Notes: generated from the sequence alone by a model not told the origin. Positions 50,859 through 62,971 are shown, numbered from the stretch's first letter. The stretch: 64,000 nt of DNA from an uncultured Candidatus Binatia bacterium (GCA_965218425.1 OZ244621.1:1824001-1888000), one strand, 5' to 3'. Numbers and translations: made by a program.

Positions 50859-52778
50859 TTAGTCCTTGACCTCCTCGAAGTCGGCATCCACCACATCCTC
50901 CTTCTTACCGCCTTGCTTGTCACCCTGCCGGTCGGCGCCGCCCCCCTCGGGTGGGGGAGGTGGTTGTTGTTGGGATGCTTTGGCGTACATCGCCTCGGCT
51001 AATTTATGAGACGAGCGGCCTAGTTCATCGGCCGCAGAACGGAGGGTTTGGGGATCCTCACTCTCCACGGCTTTCTTGGCCTTTTCCAGTGCCGATTCGA
51101 TTTCCGCCTTTACGGATGCGTCCAATTCCCCGGAGTAATCCTTAAGCGATTTTTCAGTTGTATAGATCAGAGAATCCAGCTGATTGCGGGCCTCCACTAC
51201 CTCCTTCCGCTCCTTGTCCTCGGCAGCGTGGGCCTCGGCATCCTTCACCATTTGGTTGATCTCTTCCTCACTGAGGCCGCTAGAGGCCGTGATCTGGATG
51301 GACTGTTCTTTATTGGTGCCCAGATCCTTGGCATTGACATGAACAATCCCGTTGGCGTCGATGTCAAAAGTCACCTCGACTTGCGGAACACCCCTTGGCG
51401 CTGGTGGTATACCCACCAAGTCAAATTGCCCCAGGAGTTTGTTGTTTGCCGCCATCTCCCGCTCCCCCTGATGGACACGGATGGTAACAGCGGTTTGATT
51501 GTCTGCGGCGGTAGAAAAAATCTGACTTTTTTTAGTCGGTATGGTGGTATTTTTCTCGATGAGCTTGGTAAACACGCCACCTAGGGTCTCAATTCCCAAG
51601 GAAAGGGGAGTTACGTCCAGGAGCAGGACATCTTTGACTTCCCCTTTTAGTACGGCGGCCTGGATCGCGGCCCCCACGGCCACCACCTCGTCTGGATTGA
51701 CCCCTCTGTGGGGCTCTTTACCAAAGATCTTTTGCACTCGTTCCTGCACCACGGGCATGCGCGTCATTCCGCCCACCAGGATCACCTCATCGATATCCGC
51801 CGAAGAAAGGCCCGCGTCCTTGAGTGCCTGGCGACAGGGACCTTCCGTTCTGTCCACCAGCTCCGAACAGAGGGCCTCCAGTTTGGAACGACTGAGCTTG
51901 ATGTTGAGGTGTTTCGGCCCGTTTTGGTCCGCCGTGATGAAGGGGAGGTTGATGTCCGTCTCCATGGTGGAGGATAACTCGCATTTGGCCTTTTCCGCCG
52001 CTTCCTTTAAACGCTGCAAGGCCATGCGGTCCTTACGCAGATCAATCCCTTGGTCCTTTCTAAATTCCTCCGCTAGGTAGTCCATCACTTTTTGATCGAA
52101 GTCTTCACCCCCGAGGAAGGTATCCCCATTTGTGGCCTTGACCTCGAACACCCCCTCTCCAAGTTCGAGGATGGAAATATCGAAAGTCCCTCCGCCAAGG
52201 TCAAAGACGGCGATCTTTTCATCCTTCTTCTTATCCAAGCCATAAGCCAATGAAGCGGCGGTGGGTTCGTTGATGATCCGAAGGACATTGAGACCCGCGA
52301 TTCGGCCCGCGTCCTTGGTGGCCTGTCGCTGGCTATCGTTAAAATAGGCGGGGACTGTGACCACGGCTTCCGTCACTTTTTCTCCTAGGTAGTTCTCCGC
52401 CGTTTGTTTCATCTTTTGAAGAATAAAGGCAGAGACCTCAGCGGGGCTGTACTGCTTCCCTCTCATTTCTACCCAGGCGTCGCCATTGTCCGACTTAACG
52501 ACCCGATAGGGGAGAACCTTCAGGGCCTTCTGAACCATGGGATCATCGTGCCGTCTTCCAATGAGTCTCTTGACCGCGAAGATGGTGTTTTCGGGGTTTG
52601 TGATGGCTTGCCTTTTGGCAATCTGACCCACCAAACGCTCGCCGCTGTCAGAGAATGCGGCCACCGAGGGAGTAGTGCGGGTTCCCTCCGCATTGGCCAG
52701 CACATTGGGATCGCTTCCTTCCATTATGGCCACACAGGAATTGGTGGTCCCTAGATCGATACCTATCACTTTAGCCAT
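50859..52778 (-). CDS. dnaK: Chaperone DnaK
   Basis: [39 protein letters not shown]. Confidence 0.99.
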   Translation of the reverse strand: MAKVIGIDLGTTNSCVAIMEGSDPNVLANAEGTRTTPSVAAFSDSGERLVGQIAKRQAITNPENTIFAVKRLIGRRHDDPMVQKALKVLPYRVVKSDNGDAWVEMRGKQYSPAEVSAFILQKMKQTAENYLGEKVTEAVVTVPAYFNDSQRQATKDAGRIAGLNVLRIINEPTAASLAYGLDKKKDEKIAVFDLGGGTFDISILELGEGVFEVKATNGDTFLGGEDFDQKVMDYLAEEFRKDQGIDLRKDRMALQRLKEAAEKAKCELSSTMETDINLPFITADQNGPKHLNIKLSRSKLEALCSELVDRTEGPCRQALKDAGLSSADIDEVILVGGMTRMPVVQERVQKIFGKEPHRGVNPDEVVAVGAAIQAAVLKGEVKDVLLLDVTPLSLGIETLGGVFTKLIEKNTTIPTKKSQIFSTAADNQTAVTIRVHQGEREMAANNKLLGQFDLVGIPPAPRGVPQVEVTFDIDANGIVHVNAKDLGTNKEQSIQITASSGLSEEEINQMVKDAEAHAAEDKERKEVVEARNQLDSLIYTTEKSLKDYSGELDASVKAEIESALEKAKKAVESEDPQTLRSAADELGRSSHKLAEAMYAKASQQQPPPPPEGGGADRQGDKQGGKKEDVVDADFEEVKD

Positions 52779-52828
52779 GGTTAGCTCTCCTCAAAGGGTG
52801 AGACCTCAGATCGGTCATGGTGAGTCAT

Positions 52829-53455
52829 TTAATCATCCGTCTCGGTCTTTTCAAATTTTGTTTGTTCGCTGCTCTCCTCTTTAGTTTCCGGTACCTTGGC
52901 AACGCTTACCAGGGAAGGGCGGAGGAGCCGGTCGGCCATAAAGTATCCTTTATGGAGCTCTTGCACCACGGTGTTGGGTTGGTGATCCTTGCTTTCCACC
53001 CGGGCAAAAGCCTCGTGCTTTTGCGGGTCAAAGGGCTCTCCCTTGGCAGAAACCTGTTTGACGCCGTGCTTTTCGAGGACCTCGAGAAAACCCTTGAGGA
53101 CCATCTCAACGCCCTCCAGCAGTGGAGTTTCGTTGCCCTCTGGACCGGCATGCTCCACGGCCCGTTCCAGGTTATCGAGCACTGGTAGTAGGTCCTTAAC
53201 TAGGCTCTCATTGCCGAATTTGATGGCCTCTTGTTTCTCCCGTGCGGCCCGCTTTTTAAAGTTTTCCAACTCTGCGCTTTGGCGGAGCAGAAGGTCATAG
53301 TTTTTTTGGGTCTCAAGCTCCTTCGCAGCGATCTGTTCACGTAGTTTTTCTATTTCTGGAGCGGGCTCTTCCTCATTGTTTTGCTGCTCAGAATGGCTTA
53401 ACGTTTCCTGTGCCTCGGCAGGCTGCGCGCTCTCTCGGCTATCTTTCTCGTTCAT
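52829..53455 (-). CDS. grpE: Nucleotide exchange factor GrpE
   Basis: AELENFKKR, LLPVLDNLERA, FDPQKHEA, GY..RLLRPS. Confidence 0.98.
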   Translation of the reverse strand: MNEKDSRESAQPAEAQETLSHSEQQNNEEEPAPEIEKLREQIAAKELETQKNYDLLLRQSAELENFKKRAAREKQEAIKFGNESLVKDLLPVLDNLERAVEHAGPEGNETPLLEGVEMVLKGFLEVLEKHGVKQVSAKGEPFDPQKHEAFARVESKDHQPNTVVQELHKGYFMADRLLRPSLVSVAKVPETKEESSEQTKFEKTETDD

Positions 53456-53612
53456 TGATTCCTCAGGCTCGCGAGGTGTATTGAAAATTAGTATGTAATC
53501 ATCACTTGCCGGCTTGTCAAGGTGAAGTGCTTCTCAGAACCCGTTGATTTTTCAAAGAGTTTGCGCGTTTTGGTTCGAAATGATATCTGTCTTGGGGAGG
53601 AACAATTGGGAC

Positions 53613-54422
53613 ATGCCGGTTCTCTCTGTTAGTCCTGCAATTGTATTGCGGACGCGGTCCTTCGGGGAATCCGATAAGATCGTCTCTCTTCTCTCTCGAG
53701 ACTTCGGAAAGGTCACTGGAATCGCCAAGGGTGCGAAGCGGTCGCGGAGGAGGTTCGTCAACACCTTGGAACTGTTCTCGCTGGTCAACCTTCGGTTTCA
53801 AGAACGCGCCCAGAGTTCATTGGTCTTTATTCATGCCTGCGATTGGCTACAGGTCTTTAAGAATTTGACCACTGACCTGGAGAGGATTGCCATGGCGTCG
53901 TACATGGTTGAGATCACCGATGAGCTCACTCGAGAGCGGGAGGAGAGCCGCACCACCTTCGAACATTTAAAGCAAGGGTTGCTCTTTCTTGAGGAACGGG
54001 GCAGTTCGGCATCCTATTTAACCTTTTTTGAGATGAGGCTACTCACGCTATCGGGGTATCAGCCCATGCTAGAAGGATGCCGTAGGTGTGGAAAAAAGAG
54101 ATCCCAATCTAGGGACGCATTCATGGTTAAGGATCCGGAGGAAAACCGTGACTACCTCTCCCGTTGGAGTTTTAGTCCACGGGATGGCGGTATCCTGTGC
54201 CGTTCCTGTCTTCCTTTCAGGCAGGAAACTCTGCCTCTTTCCCAGGAGGCCTTGAACGCCCTGGCCCGGCTTCAAGAACCCGAGGAATGGTTGCTATCTT
54301 TTTCAGACTTGTCCGGTCTCGCTCTCAAGGAAACTCGTTCTATTTTACCTCGTTTCATCCAGTACCAGATTAACAAGGAATTGAAATCGGTTCCCTTTCT
54401 AGAGACATTCCGCATGACTTAG
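53613..54422 (+). CDS. recO: DNA repair protein RecO
   Basis: IVLR..GESDKIV..GKVTGIAKGAKRS, CxxC..GGILCxxC zinc finger. Confidence 0.95.
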   Translation: MPVLSVSPAIVLRTRSFGESDKIVSLLSRDFGKVTGIAKGAKRSRRRFVNTLELFSLVNLRFQERAQSSLVFIHACDWLQVFKNLTTDLERIAMASYMVEITDELTREREESRTTFEHLKQGLLFLEERGSSASYLTFFEMRLLTLSGYQPMLEGCRRCGKKRSQSRDAFMVKDPEENRDYLSRWSFSPRDGGILCRSCLPFRQETLPLSQEALNALARLQEPEEWLLSFSDLSGLALKETRSILPRFIQYQINKELKSVPFLETFRMT

Positions 54423-54529
54423 ATTCTTTTCTGATGCAGCGGGAATTCGTTTCCCTCCTTAAGAATAGGGTTCACGGAATGAGACCATTCAAACGGTAGA
54501 GAGGAATCGAGCCGTAAAGAATTTGTACA

Positions 54530-55861
54530 ATGAAAACTAGAGTAACAATGGAAAGCATTGTTAACCTGTGCAAGCGTCGAGGGTTTGTATTTCCCTCCAG
54601 TGAGATCTATGGGGGATTCGCCAGCACGTGGGATTACGGTCCTTTGGGAATTGAGTTGAAACGCAACATCAAAGAGGCCTGGTGGCAGGATATGGTCATG
54701 TCCCGTGAGAATATCGTGGGTATCGAGAGCGCCGCGCTCATGCACCCCAAGGTATGGCAGGCCTCCGGTCACGTGGAAGGATTTGCCGACCCATTGGTGG
54801 ACTGCCGCGCATGTAAACAGCGGTTTCGGGCAGATCATATCGCCGATGGTCTGTGTCCCGGCTGCGGCAGCAAAGACCTAACAGAATCCAGGCAGTTTAA
54901 TCTCATGTTTAAAACCTTTGTGGGTCCGGTGGAAGATGAGGCGGCCACGGCTTATTTGAGGCCGGAGACAGCCCAGGGGATGTTTGTCAATTTTCAGAGC
55001 GTGCTTCAATCCACGAGGATGAGACTGCCCTTTGGCATTGCTCAGGTGGGAAAATCCTTTCGCAACGAAATTACTCCCGGAAATTTTATCTTCCGTACGC
55101 GCGAGTTCGAGCAAATGGAAATGGAGTTCTTTGTCAAACCGGGAATGGACCAACAGTGGTTCGAGTACTGGCGCGAAGAGCGGTTGTCCTGGTACTCTAG
55201 GCAGGGACTAAAAAAGGAAAACCTTCGTTTTCGTCACTATCCAAAGGAGGAGTTGGCCCATTATGCTAAGGCCTGTTCGGACATCGAGTACAATTATCCC
55301 TTCGGCTGGGGAGAGCTTGAAGGAATCGCCAATCGGATGGATTTTGATCTGAAACAGCATATGAACTCCAGTGGAAAGGACCTCACTTATTTTGATGAAG
55401 AGAATCGAGAGCACTACCTTCCCTACGTGATCGAGCCCGCGGTGGGAGTGGACAGAATATTTCTGATCTTGCTGATTGATGCATACGATGAGGATGAAGC
55501 GGAAGGGGAAAAGAGGGTTGTCTTACGTATCCATCCCAAAATGGCACCCATTAAGGCGGGGATCTATCCACTGCTCAGGAAAAATGGACAACCGGAGAAG
55601 GCCCATGAGATTCAAGATATTCTCAAGCGGCACTTTTCCGTGATCTATGATCAAGCGGGCTCCATTGGTCGTCGATACCGCAGGCAAGATGAAGTGGGCA
55701 CCCCCTATGGAATTACGGTGGACCACCAAACCATGAAGGATCAAACCGTAACCCTAAGAGACCGAGACCTTATGACGCAGGTGAGGATCCCTATTGATCG
55801 GCTGGTTGAGGAAATGAGAGGCCGCATTGAGGCGCCCGGTGGAGAGAAGGAAAATGGCTAA
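54530..55861 (+). CDS. glyQS: Glycine--tRNA ligase, homodimeric (alpha2) type
   Basis: [55 protein letters not shown]. Confidence 0.97.
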   Translation: MKTRVTMESIVNLCKRRGFVFPSSEIYGGFASTWDYGPLGIELKRNIKEAWWQDMVMSRENIVGIESAALMHPKVWQASGHVEGFADPLVDCRACKQRFRADHIADGLCPGCGSKDLTESRQFNLMFKTFVGPVEDEAATAYLRPETAQGMFVNFQSVLQSTRMRLPFGIAQVGKSFRNEITPGNFIFRTREFEQMEMEFFVKPGMDQQWFEYWREERLSWYSRQGLKKENLRFRHYPKEELAHYAKACSDIEYNYPFGWGELEGIANRMDFDLKQHMNSSGKDLTYFDEENREHYLPYVIEPAVGVDRIFLILLIDAYDEDEAEGEKRVVLRIHPKMAPIKAGIYPLLRKNGQPEKAHEIQDILKRHFSVIYDQAGSIGRRYRRQDEVGTPYGITVDHQTMKDQTVTLRDRDLMTQVRIPIDRLVEEMRGRIEAPGGEKENG

Positions 55862-58571
55862 AGCGAAGAAAAGAGTTTTCTCCTTCGGCGGTGGGAAGTC
55901 GGATGGAAGAGCAACCATGAGGGAACTCCTGGGGGGGAAAGGCGCGGGCCTGCACGAGATGACAAAGATGGGAATACCGGTCCCCCCTGGATTCACCATC
56001 TCCACTGAGGTGTGCGCTTACTTCGATGGCCATGGGGAGCGATATCCAAAAGGATTGGAGAAAGACGTTGCAGGCGCTCTGGGTCGGCTCGAGAAGGATA
56101 TACGAAAGCGGTTTGGGGACCCCGCCAATCCCTTGTTGGTATCCGTTCGATCGGGGGCCCGGGAATCCATGCCTGGTATGATGGACACGGTTTTGAACTT
56201 GGGTCTCAATGATCAAACCGTTCAAGGGCTCATTGCGCGAACCGCAAACCCCCGTTTTGCCTATGATTCGTATCGCCGATTCGTGCAGATGTACGGCGAT
56301 GTGGTCCTGGGTCTCAAACCCACTGGAAGAGACGAACGCGATCCCTTTGAGATTATCCTTGAACGCAAGAAAGAAACCAGGGGAATCCGCTTCGATACCG
56401 AAATGACCGAGGAAGACTTGAAAGAGCTGGTGGCGGAGTTTAAGGCGGAGATCAAGAGTAAGCTGGGAAAGGAATTTCCAGAAGATCCCCAGGAGCAACT
56501 CTGGGGAGCCATAGGGGCGGTGTTCGGCTCGTGGAAAAATGATCGTGCCATTGCCTATCGTGAGCTTTACCATATCCCGCACAGTTGGGGTACGGCAGTG
56601 AACGTTCAGACCATGGTGTTCGGCAATATGGGTGACAAATGCGCCACGGGGGTTGCCTTCACCCGTAACCCTGCCACAGGTGAAAAGCGACTTTATGGCG
56701 AGTTCTTGGTGAACGCCCAAGGTGAAGATGTTGTGGCCGGCGTTCGCACCCCTCGATCCATCGCCGAACTGAAGGACGCTATGCCGAAGGCCCACGGTGA
56801 GTTGGTCCGGCTCTGTAAGGTCTTGGAAAAGCGTTACCAGGAGATGCAGGATATTGAATTCACCATCGAGGACGAGAAGCTCTGGATGCTCCAGACCCGC
56901 GCGGCAAAAAGGACCGGCTTTGCCGCCGTGCGTATCGCGGTGGATATGGTGGAGGAACGGATCATATCGAAGCGGGAGGCGCTGCTTCGGATCGAGGCGG
57001 ATCAATTGAACCAGCTGTTGCAACCCATCTTCGATCACCAGGATAAGCAACGCGCAGGTGAGGAGGGGCTTGTTCTTGCAAAAGGCCTGCCTGCGGGACC
57101 CGGTGCGGCCTCCGGTCGCATAGTCTTTCACGCCGAGGACGCTCAGGAGTGGAAGCAAAGGGGGCAGAAGGTGATCCTTTGCCGCGTGGAGACGAGCCCG
57201 GAAGACATTCGGGGCATGGAGGCGGCCCTGGGAATTCTCACTGCCAGAGGGGGGATGACTTCCCATGCCGCCTTGGTCGCTCGCCAAATGGGCAAGGTTT
57301 GCGTGGTGGGCTGTGACGCCTTGAATATGGATTATGCCGCGCGTGAAATGCGGGTGGGAGATGCGATTCTTCGAGAGGGGGATTGGATCTCGGTGGATGG
57401 GACCACCGGGGAGGTGATCCGCGGCGAGTTGAAGACTCTGCCCTCGGATATCTCTCGGGTGTTGATTGACCGGACTCTGGATCCCAAGGAGACTCGTGTC
57501 TACCAGCAGTTTTCGAAACTCATGAGATGGGCCGACGAGGTCCGAAAGATTGGTGTTAGAACAAACGCCGATCAACCGGGACAGGCAGAGATTACGAGGG
57601 CCTTTGGCGCCGAGGGGATCGGGCTCTGCCGCACGGAACACATGTTTTTTGAGGGAGAGCGCATTAACGCAGTACGAGAAATGATTCTGGCAGGCGACGA
57701 AACCGGGCGGCGCAGGGCACTGGACAAGCTCCTGCCCATCCAAAAGGAAGATTTTAAGGCCATCCTCAAGGTCATGGGAAAATTGCCCGTGACGATTCGA
57801 ACGCTGGATCCACCCCTTCATGAATTCCTGCCGAAGACCGAAGGGGATGTGGAGGAGCTTGCCCGCGCCATTTCCATCCCGGCAGAGGTTCTCCGGGAGA
57901 AGGTAGAAAGCCTTCACGAGATTAACCCGATGCTTGGCCATCGGGGATGCCGTCTCGGTATCTCGTTTCCAGAAATCACAGAAATGCAGGCCCTGGCGAT
58001 TTTTCAGGCCGCCTGCGAGCTACGCAAGGAAGGGAATGATCCGTTTCCAGAGGTGATGATCCCTCTAGTGGGGAGCCAGGAGGAGTTAGGAGCGCAGAGG
58101 GAGATCGTTGAGCGGATTGCCCGACAAACCATGAAAGATTACGGCGTCAGGGTCCGATACATGATTGGGACCATGATTGAGCTCCCGCGTGCCTGTCTGG
58201 TGGCGGACCAAATCGCCCGGCAGGCGGAGTTTTTCTCCTTCGGTACGAACGATTTGACTCAAACCTGCCTTGGACTTTCCAGGGACGATGCCGGGAAGTT
58301 CCTTCCGAGCTACCTTTCCCAGGGACTCATCTCCCAGGACCCCTTTGTGAGTATCGACCGGGAGGGGGTCGGTGCCCTAATGCGCGTGGCCATCGAAAAA
58401 GGCCGCAAGGCACGCCGGACACTGGAGATTGGGGTTTGCGGCGAGCATGGAGGGGACCCCAAATCCGTTGTCTTTTGCCATGAAATCGGCCTGGACTACG
58501 TGAGTTGCTCGCCCTACCGTGTCCCGGTGGCCAAGCTGGCCGCAGCCCAAGCCGCCATCAAGAAAAAGTAA
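55854..58571 (+). CDS. ppdK: Pyruvate, phosphate dikinase
   Basis: [50 protein letters not shown]. Confidence 0.99.
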   Translation: MAKAKKRVFSFGGGKSDGRATMRELLGGKGAGLHEMTKMGIPVPPGFTISTEVCAYFDGHGERYPKGLEKDVAGALGRLEKDIRKRFGDPANPLLVSVRSGARESMPGMMDTVLNLGLNDQTVQGLIARTANPRFAYDSYRRFVQMYGDVVLGLKPTGRDERDPFEIILERKKETRGIRFDTEMTEEDLKELVAEFKAEIKSKLGKEFPEDPQEQLWGAIGAVFGSWKNDRAIAYRELYHIPHSWGTAVNVQTMVFGNMGDKCATGVAFTRNPATGEKRLYGEFLVNAQGEDVVAGVRTPRSIAELKDAMPKAHGELVRLCKVLEKRYQEMQDIEFTIEDEKLWMLQTRAAKRTGFAAVRIAVDMVEERIISKREALLRIEADQLNQLLQPIFDHQDKQRAGEEGLVLAKGLPAGPGAASGRIVFHAEDAQEWKQRGQKVILCRVETSPEDIRGMEAALGILTARGGMTSHAALVARQMGKVCVVGCDALNMDYAAREMRVGDAILREGDWISVDGTTGEVIRGELKTLPSDISRVLIDRTLDPKETRVYQQFSKLMRWADEVRKIGVRTNADQPGQAEITRAFGAEGIGLCRTEHMFFEGERINAVREMILAGDETGRRRALDKLLPIQKEDFKAILKVMGKLPVTIRTLDPPLHEFLPKTEGDVEELARAISIPAEVLREKVESLHEINPMLGHRGCRLGISFPEITEMQALAIFQAACELRKEGNDPFPEVMIPLVGSQEELGAQREIVERIARQTMKDYGVRVRYMIGTMIELPRACLVADQIARQAEFFSFGTNDLTQTCLGLSRDDAGKFLPSYLSQGLISQDPFVSIDREGVGALMRVAIEKGRKARRTLEIGVCGEHGGDPKSVVFCHEIGLDYVSCSPYRVPVAKLAAAQAAIKKK

Positions 58572-58822
58572 ACGTAGTGACGGATTGGTTCGATGTGGTT
58601 AACTCATTGTTCGTCATCCGTCGCAACGATGCTAAGAAGCAGTATCGCGAGGATTGTAGAATTCTTGGGGATGGTTAATGGCTGTACGGTGCCCTTTTTA
58701 GGTGGGTTCGTATGGGGTCGTGGTGACGGTAGAATTAGCCGGACCGGTGAAACGGTGGGGGGTGACGCCTGGAACCAATTCCCGCTTACCCAGAGCTGCG
58801 GCTATAGTCGGGCATTCGGAAC

Positions 58823-59032
58823 CTATTCGTGCTTGGCGCCCGGTTTCTCCTCTTTGATAAACGCATGGACCAGCCGGGGAACGGCGCCGCAGCTAAAACA
58901 CTTGGGGGATTCGGGCTTGGTTCCGTCCGGGTATCGCATGAACTTTAGATAGAAAGGCTTCTCGGTTCCGACGTAGTCGTCGTAGTAAAACGCAATCTTT
59001 TTGCATTCGCTGCACTCAAGGAATTTAGCCAT
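58823..59032 (-). CDS. Small hypothetical protein with two CxxC motifs
   Basis: MAKFLECSECKK..KCFSCG; AGAAAGG SD-like sequence; 20 nt downstream of the dioxygenase. Confidence 0.7.
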   Translation of the reverse strand: MAKFLECSECKKIAFYYDDYVGTEKPFYLKFMRYPDGTKPESPKCFSCGAVPRLVHAFIKEEKPGAKHE

Positions 59033-59052
59033 GGGCGCCTTTCTCGCTAGCG

Positions 59053-60153
59053 TCAATTTTCAAACTTGCCCGTAACCTTTTGATGACCTTCGTTCTCCTC
59101 ATAGGGCTCCTCACGGTATAAGCCTAGGGCCTTCGTGACAGGGGTGTCCTGAATGGAGAAGAGGATCGCTTCCTGCTGGTCTTCATTGGCATGTTCATGC
59201 CAGGCCCAAGGGGGCACCACAAAGAAATCTCCTTGCTCCCAGTCGAACCGCCGGCCGTTGATGATGGTGTAGCCGCTTCCCTCGAAGGCATGGTACACGG
59301 CGCTGTTCACTTGCCGGTGGGCCTTGGTGTGGACTCCAGCCCTAATGGCTTGAATATAACAGCCCATGGTCGGGAGAACGGGTCCACCCGTGTTGGGATT
59401 CAGATACTCGAAACAGACATCGTCGTAGGGGCTCGCCGGCCTCTCGCCAATCTTCTTTAGCGCCTCGTAGGTGGGCTCCCACTTGTAGTTGAGAAGAGGC
59501 GGAATATCCTGTACCGGTTTTTCCCAGGTGGGCCTGAGTTGAGGCCCGCCGAATTTGCTTTCGGAATCGTTGAGCAGCGTTATGGGGTAGCGTGACTCCT
59601 GGTAAGGCTGAAAAAAAATCGCATCCAGGTCCCCCACCAATGGAAGGTCCAGGCCGTCCATCCAGATCATGGGCTTATCGGATTCGCATCCGTGGTCATG
59701 CCATGTCCAGTTTGGAGTCAGCACCAGGTCCCCTCGGCTCATGACGCACTTGTCGCCGTTGACGTTGGTATAAGAACGGTCTCCCTCGATAATGAAGCGG
59801 ATTGCCGAAGCCGTGTGCCGGTGGGCTGGAGCGATCTCTCCCGGCTTCACGATCTGCACGGCCCCCCATAGGGTATGGGTGGCAGCGTACTTGCCGCCAA
59901 GCCCCGGGTTCACCAGTGCCAGGACCCTTCTCTCGCCACCGCGCTCGATAGGCACCAGTTCTGCCGCACGATAGGCCAGATCCCGTAAATCGGCCCATTT
60001 CCAGAGGAAGGGTTTCACCTTGGTCCGCGGTTCCGCCGGCAGGAGGCGGGAGGTGATGTTCCACAGGGGAATCAGGTGTTTGTTTTCTACCTCATTGTAG
60101 AACTTTTCTTCCTCTTTGAGTTTACCGTTGACAGCCACTTTGCTTTCGGCCAT
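59053..60153 (-). CDS. Gentisate 1,2-dioxygenase-like bicupin
   Basis: ERRVLALVNPG, AHRHTASAIRF, TPNWTWHDHG, WMDGLDLP, NPNTGG, WAWHEH. Confidence 0.88.
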   Translation of the reverse strand: MAESKVAVNGKLKEEEKFYNEVENKHLIPLWNITSRLLPAEPRTKVKPFLWKWADLRDLAYRAAELVPIERGGERRVLALVNPGLGGKYAATHTLWGAVQIVKPGEIAPAHRHTASAIRFIIEGDRSYTNVNGDKCVMSRGDLVLTPNWTWHDHGCESDKPMIWMDGLDLPLVGDLDAIFFQPYQESRYPITLLNDSESKFGGPQLRPTWEKPVQDIPPLLNYKWEPTYEALKKIGERPASPYDDVCFEYLNPNTGGPVLPTMGCYIQAIRAGVHTKAHRQVNSAVYHAFEGSGYTIINGRRFDWEQGDFFVVPPWAWHEHANEDQQEAILFSIQDTPVTKALGLYREEPYEENEGHQKVTGKFEN

Positions 60154-60326
60154 GGCGTCCCTCCAGTGGGAAAGATAGCAGAATAGAAATTGCCTTTCCA
60201 GGGTCCGGTTGAAGCGGAACCAGTAATTTAATTCCCCTGCTGTGATTCATTTCCACTGAGCTTTCCCTAGTAACGAACCGCCGAGTAAGACTCGACTCAT
60301 AGGTTCGATGCGGTTAATTGGGGACC

Positions 60327-60386
60327 ATGGAGGATTTTGATGTTATTACCTTCGGTTGCTACGGGACTTTAATCCATTGGGAGGAG
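60327..60386 (+). pseudogene. N-terminal remnant of a HAD (haloacid dehalogenase-like) gene
   Basis: MEDFDVITFGCYGTLIHWE resembles the FDCYGTLIDWE motif I with Asp lost; homology stops. Confidence 0.55.
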
Positions 60387-60445
60387 CGGAATGAGGGTGA
60401 AGGTCGTGGGCATCGAACGTTCGGCTTCAGATATCCAAAGGCCTG

Positions 60446-60564
60446 TTGCCTACGGCCTGAGGCTCGTTCCCCGAGGAAAGTTTTAGTGTTCTCGCAAACA
60501 CTTTTTTTCAATGCGTTGTTAGAAAAATTCGGTTTGAGAATGAAGGCTCGGGGGCCTGCCCCTT
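60446..60564. repeat. Dispersed intergenic repeat, copy 2 (with ~60-nt internal extra segment)
   Basis: Both ends match 20082-20141. Confidence 0.65.
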
Positions 60565-60602
60565 AGCGGGAGCCGGAAGTGTTGATTGATGTGACGGCGT
60601 GC

Positions 60603-61544
60603 CTAGAGACCCGGTATGCTGTTCAGTTTGATGTTTTTCTTTTGGACCTGGTCCCAAACGTAACGGGCCACAGCCAAATCCTCGTCGGCTATTCCATTTG
60701 ATTGGAAAAGGATTCTTTTCCCCCGACCCGTGGGCCCTTCGCCGCCGACTATTCTTTCCAGGGGTATGATGTCCTCCCATCGGGTCAACCCCGCTTCGCA
60801 TGCCTCCACTAGATCGCCGCTGCCATATTGTGCTGTGGGAATGTCGTCGGTCACCACGAGATCCATTCGCCGGATGAGATTCGTTGAGATCTCGTGTTTG
60901 GCGGTGGCGTTTGCCCCCATGGTGATGACCAGCACCTCGTCCTTCAGATGACCGCCGTCCGTGATGGATGTGGTGGAGTCCGTGGCCAACACAAAGACGT
61001 CCGATTCTTTTTCCACTGCCTCGATGGACGGTGATTCTTTTAGCTCCACAGGAATCACTGTGCTCAATTGCCGGACAAAGTCCGTTCTTCTCTCTGAATT
61101 GCGTCCGTAGACCAGCACCTGGCGGACGTTGCAGGCGCTCACGATGGCCTCTACCTGGTAGGTGGCTTGCTTGCCCGTTCCCACGAGTCCGAGGACATTG
61201 GTGCTCTTGGGAGCGAGATATTTCGCCGCCACTCCGCTGGCGGCCCCAGTGCGCAAACTGCTAAGGTACCGTGCGTTAAGGATCAGGCTCAGCTCACCTG
61301 ATTGTCCGTTGTATAGGGTAATCGTATTGGCTCCGCCCATATAGGCCCTCAGGGCGACTAAATCCCAATCCGCCTGCCATGCGGCCATGACGTTGAGTTG
61401 GCGGGAGCCGCTCCTCAGCCTCCTTCTGGGAAGACTCCTTACCTTTCCCTCGGCCCGGTCTTTGAACATTTTTTCCACTACCGTGAGAGCCTGGCTCATT
61501 TGGATCAGTTCTCTCGTCTCTTTTTCTCCAATTACCAGGGCCAT
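60603..61544 (-). CDS. Ornithine cyclodeaminase/mu-crystallin family protein
   Basis: LRTGAASGVAAKYLA, GTGKQA, ATDS, MGAN, FQSNGIADEDLA. Confidence 0.9.
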   Translation of the reverse strand: MALVIGEKETRELIQMSQALTVVEKMFKDRAEGKVRSLPRRRLRSGSRQLNVMAAWQADWDLVALRAYMGGANTITLYNGQSGELSLILNARYLSSLRTGAASGVAAKYLAPKSTNVLGLVGTGKQATYQVEAIVSACNVRQVLVYGRNSERRTDFVRQLSTVIPVELKESPSIEAVEKESDVFVLATDSTTSITDGGHLKDEVLVITMGANATAKHEISTNLIRRMDLVVTDDIPTAQYGSGDLVEACEAGLTRWEDIIPLERIVGGEGPTGRGKRILFQSNGIADEDLAVARYVWDQVQKKNIKLNSIPGL

Positions 61545-61591
61545 CTTGCCTCCCTTTAATTTCCTCTTATCCTACGGTTTTATTCATAGAT

Positions 61592-62935
61592 TTAAGCGGC
61601 GCCGGGCTCTGGTTCGTCCTGGATCAGCTCGCCATGATCGATTTTGTTGATCACGAGACCGCTCAGGATCTTGGGATAAAAATAGGTGGACTTCTGAGGC
61701 ATTTTCTCTCCGCCCAGTGCAATGGCTAAAATCTCCTGGGCCCGTGGCGGGCCTAGGATAAACGCCGCCTTGTACTCTCCCTTTTCCACCGCCTTCAGTG
61801 CTTCCTCTTCATCTTGCGGGTAGCTGATGGCGTCGCCCATGACCTGCCTCTCGGGCGCGAGCCCGAGAACTTGTTCAAGGATTAAATGGTGCAGGATCGT
61901 CACGTCCAGTTCCAGCAGCGCAGCGCTCATTTCCTTGCCTAGGTTTTGCATGGCCTTTTTGTTTTTCAAGCGGAGAATGAGATAGCGGGGATCCCCCTTG
62001 AAGGATGCGCCGATAAGCCGGTGTTTTTTCCCTCCCTTTTGCAGCTCCTGAAGAAACGAGCGCCTCCCATCCTGGTTCTTGGGAAACTGGTCAACGTTGA
62101 AGTATTTTTGCAGCGATCCCTCCAATTGTAAAAACGGCATGGAGTCAAAGTCTCTGACGAGTCGATGGGTAGGAAGAATCACCAATCCGTCCTCGGTCAT
62201 GTTGGAGAAATACATCATCACATAGTTGTAAGCCTCTCGACCGGTCCATTGGGATTGCTCGGCGCGCAGCTGGTTGCGGTAATTCATGGCCGCCTCGTAT
62301 CGATGATGCCCGTCGGCGATGAGTAGAGGCTGGTCCTGCATCTGCCGTTGAACCTGGCCAATGATGTCAGAGTCGGTGATTTGCCAGAGGGTGGAAGATC
62401 CCTTGCCCTCTTCTTTGACGTGAATGTCAGGGGAAACCCCCCGGACGTGTTCTTCCAGCGCTTCGGTAATGGTCTGCCTCGGCTGCGAATAAAGGCCAAA
62501 GATGGGACTCAAGTTGGCCTTGCAGGCATGGAGGAGGTTCATCCTGTCGTCCCGGGGGCCTTGAAAAGTGTTCTCGTGGGGATGAATGCTTCCGTCGGAA
62601 AAGTCTTCAATCCGAGTGAGGGCAATAAATCCCAAGCGCTCTATTTGTTTACCGTTCTTCAGGGGGAAACGCTGACTCAAAAAATAGATGGCCGGCTGAT
62701 CGGCCCGAACCAAGACGTCATCGGTTTGCCACTGCTCGAAAAGGCGGGCCGCCTCATCGTAGGGGTTGGGCTCTTGATTGAGAATGAGCCGCACGACGTT
62801 GTGGGGTGATTTCCGGTGGAGTCTTTCCTGCTCATGGGCTGAAATTACGTCGTAGGGAGGAGCCACCACCTTGGATGGGTCGCGAACTTTTTTGGAATTA
62901 TAGAGGATGCCGCGGAATGGGGCGATGCGTACCAT
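61592..62935 (-). CDS. DUF1015 family protein
   Basis: PFRG, APPYDVI, PHENT, IADGHHRYE, ILPTHR, MPQKSTYFYPK. Confidence 0.93.
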   Translation of the reverse strand: MVRIAPFRGILYNSKKVRDPSKVVAPPYDVISAHEQERLHRKSPHNVVRLILNQEPNPYDEAARLFEQWQTDDVLVRADQPAIYFLSQRFPLKNGKQIERLGFIALTRIEDFSDGSIHPHENTFQGPRDDRMNLLHACKANLSPIFGLYSQPRQTITEALEEHVRGVSPDIHVKEEGKGSSTLWQITDSDIIGQVQRQMQDQPLLIADGHHRYEAAMNYRNQLRAEQSQWTGREAYNYVMMYFSNMTEDGLVILPTHRLVRDFDSMPFLQLEGSLQKYFNVDQFPKNQDGRRSFLQELQKGGKKHRLIGASFKGDPRYLILRLKNKKAMQNLGKEMSAALLELDVTILHHLILEQVLGLAPERQVMGDAISYPQDEEEALKAVEKGEYKAAFILGPPRAQEILAIALGGEKMPQKSTYFYPKILSGLVINKIDHGELIQDEPEPGAA

Positions 62936-62971
62936 TGTAGTTTTGTTACTCGGCAGGTGTGGGAAGCCGGC

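Noticed and set aside
53456..53612. CIRCE element upstream of grpE-dnaK-dnaJ
   Set aside because: No TTAGCACTC-N9-GAGTGCTAA and no hrcA; only a TTGACA with a weak -10
55791..57941. 716-aa ORF on the minus strand
   Set aside because: Antisense shadow of ppdK; no recognisable motifs
58573..58628. Hairpin after ppdK as a novel RNA
   Set aside because: Imperfect stem with a large loop between convergent genes; most simply a terminator-like structure
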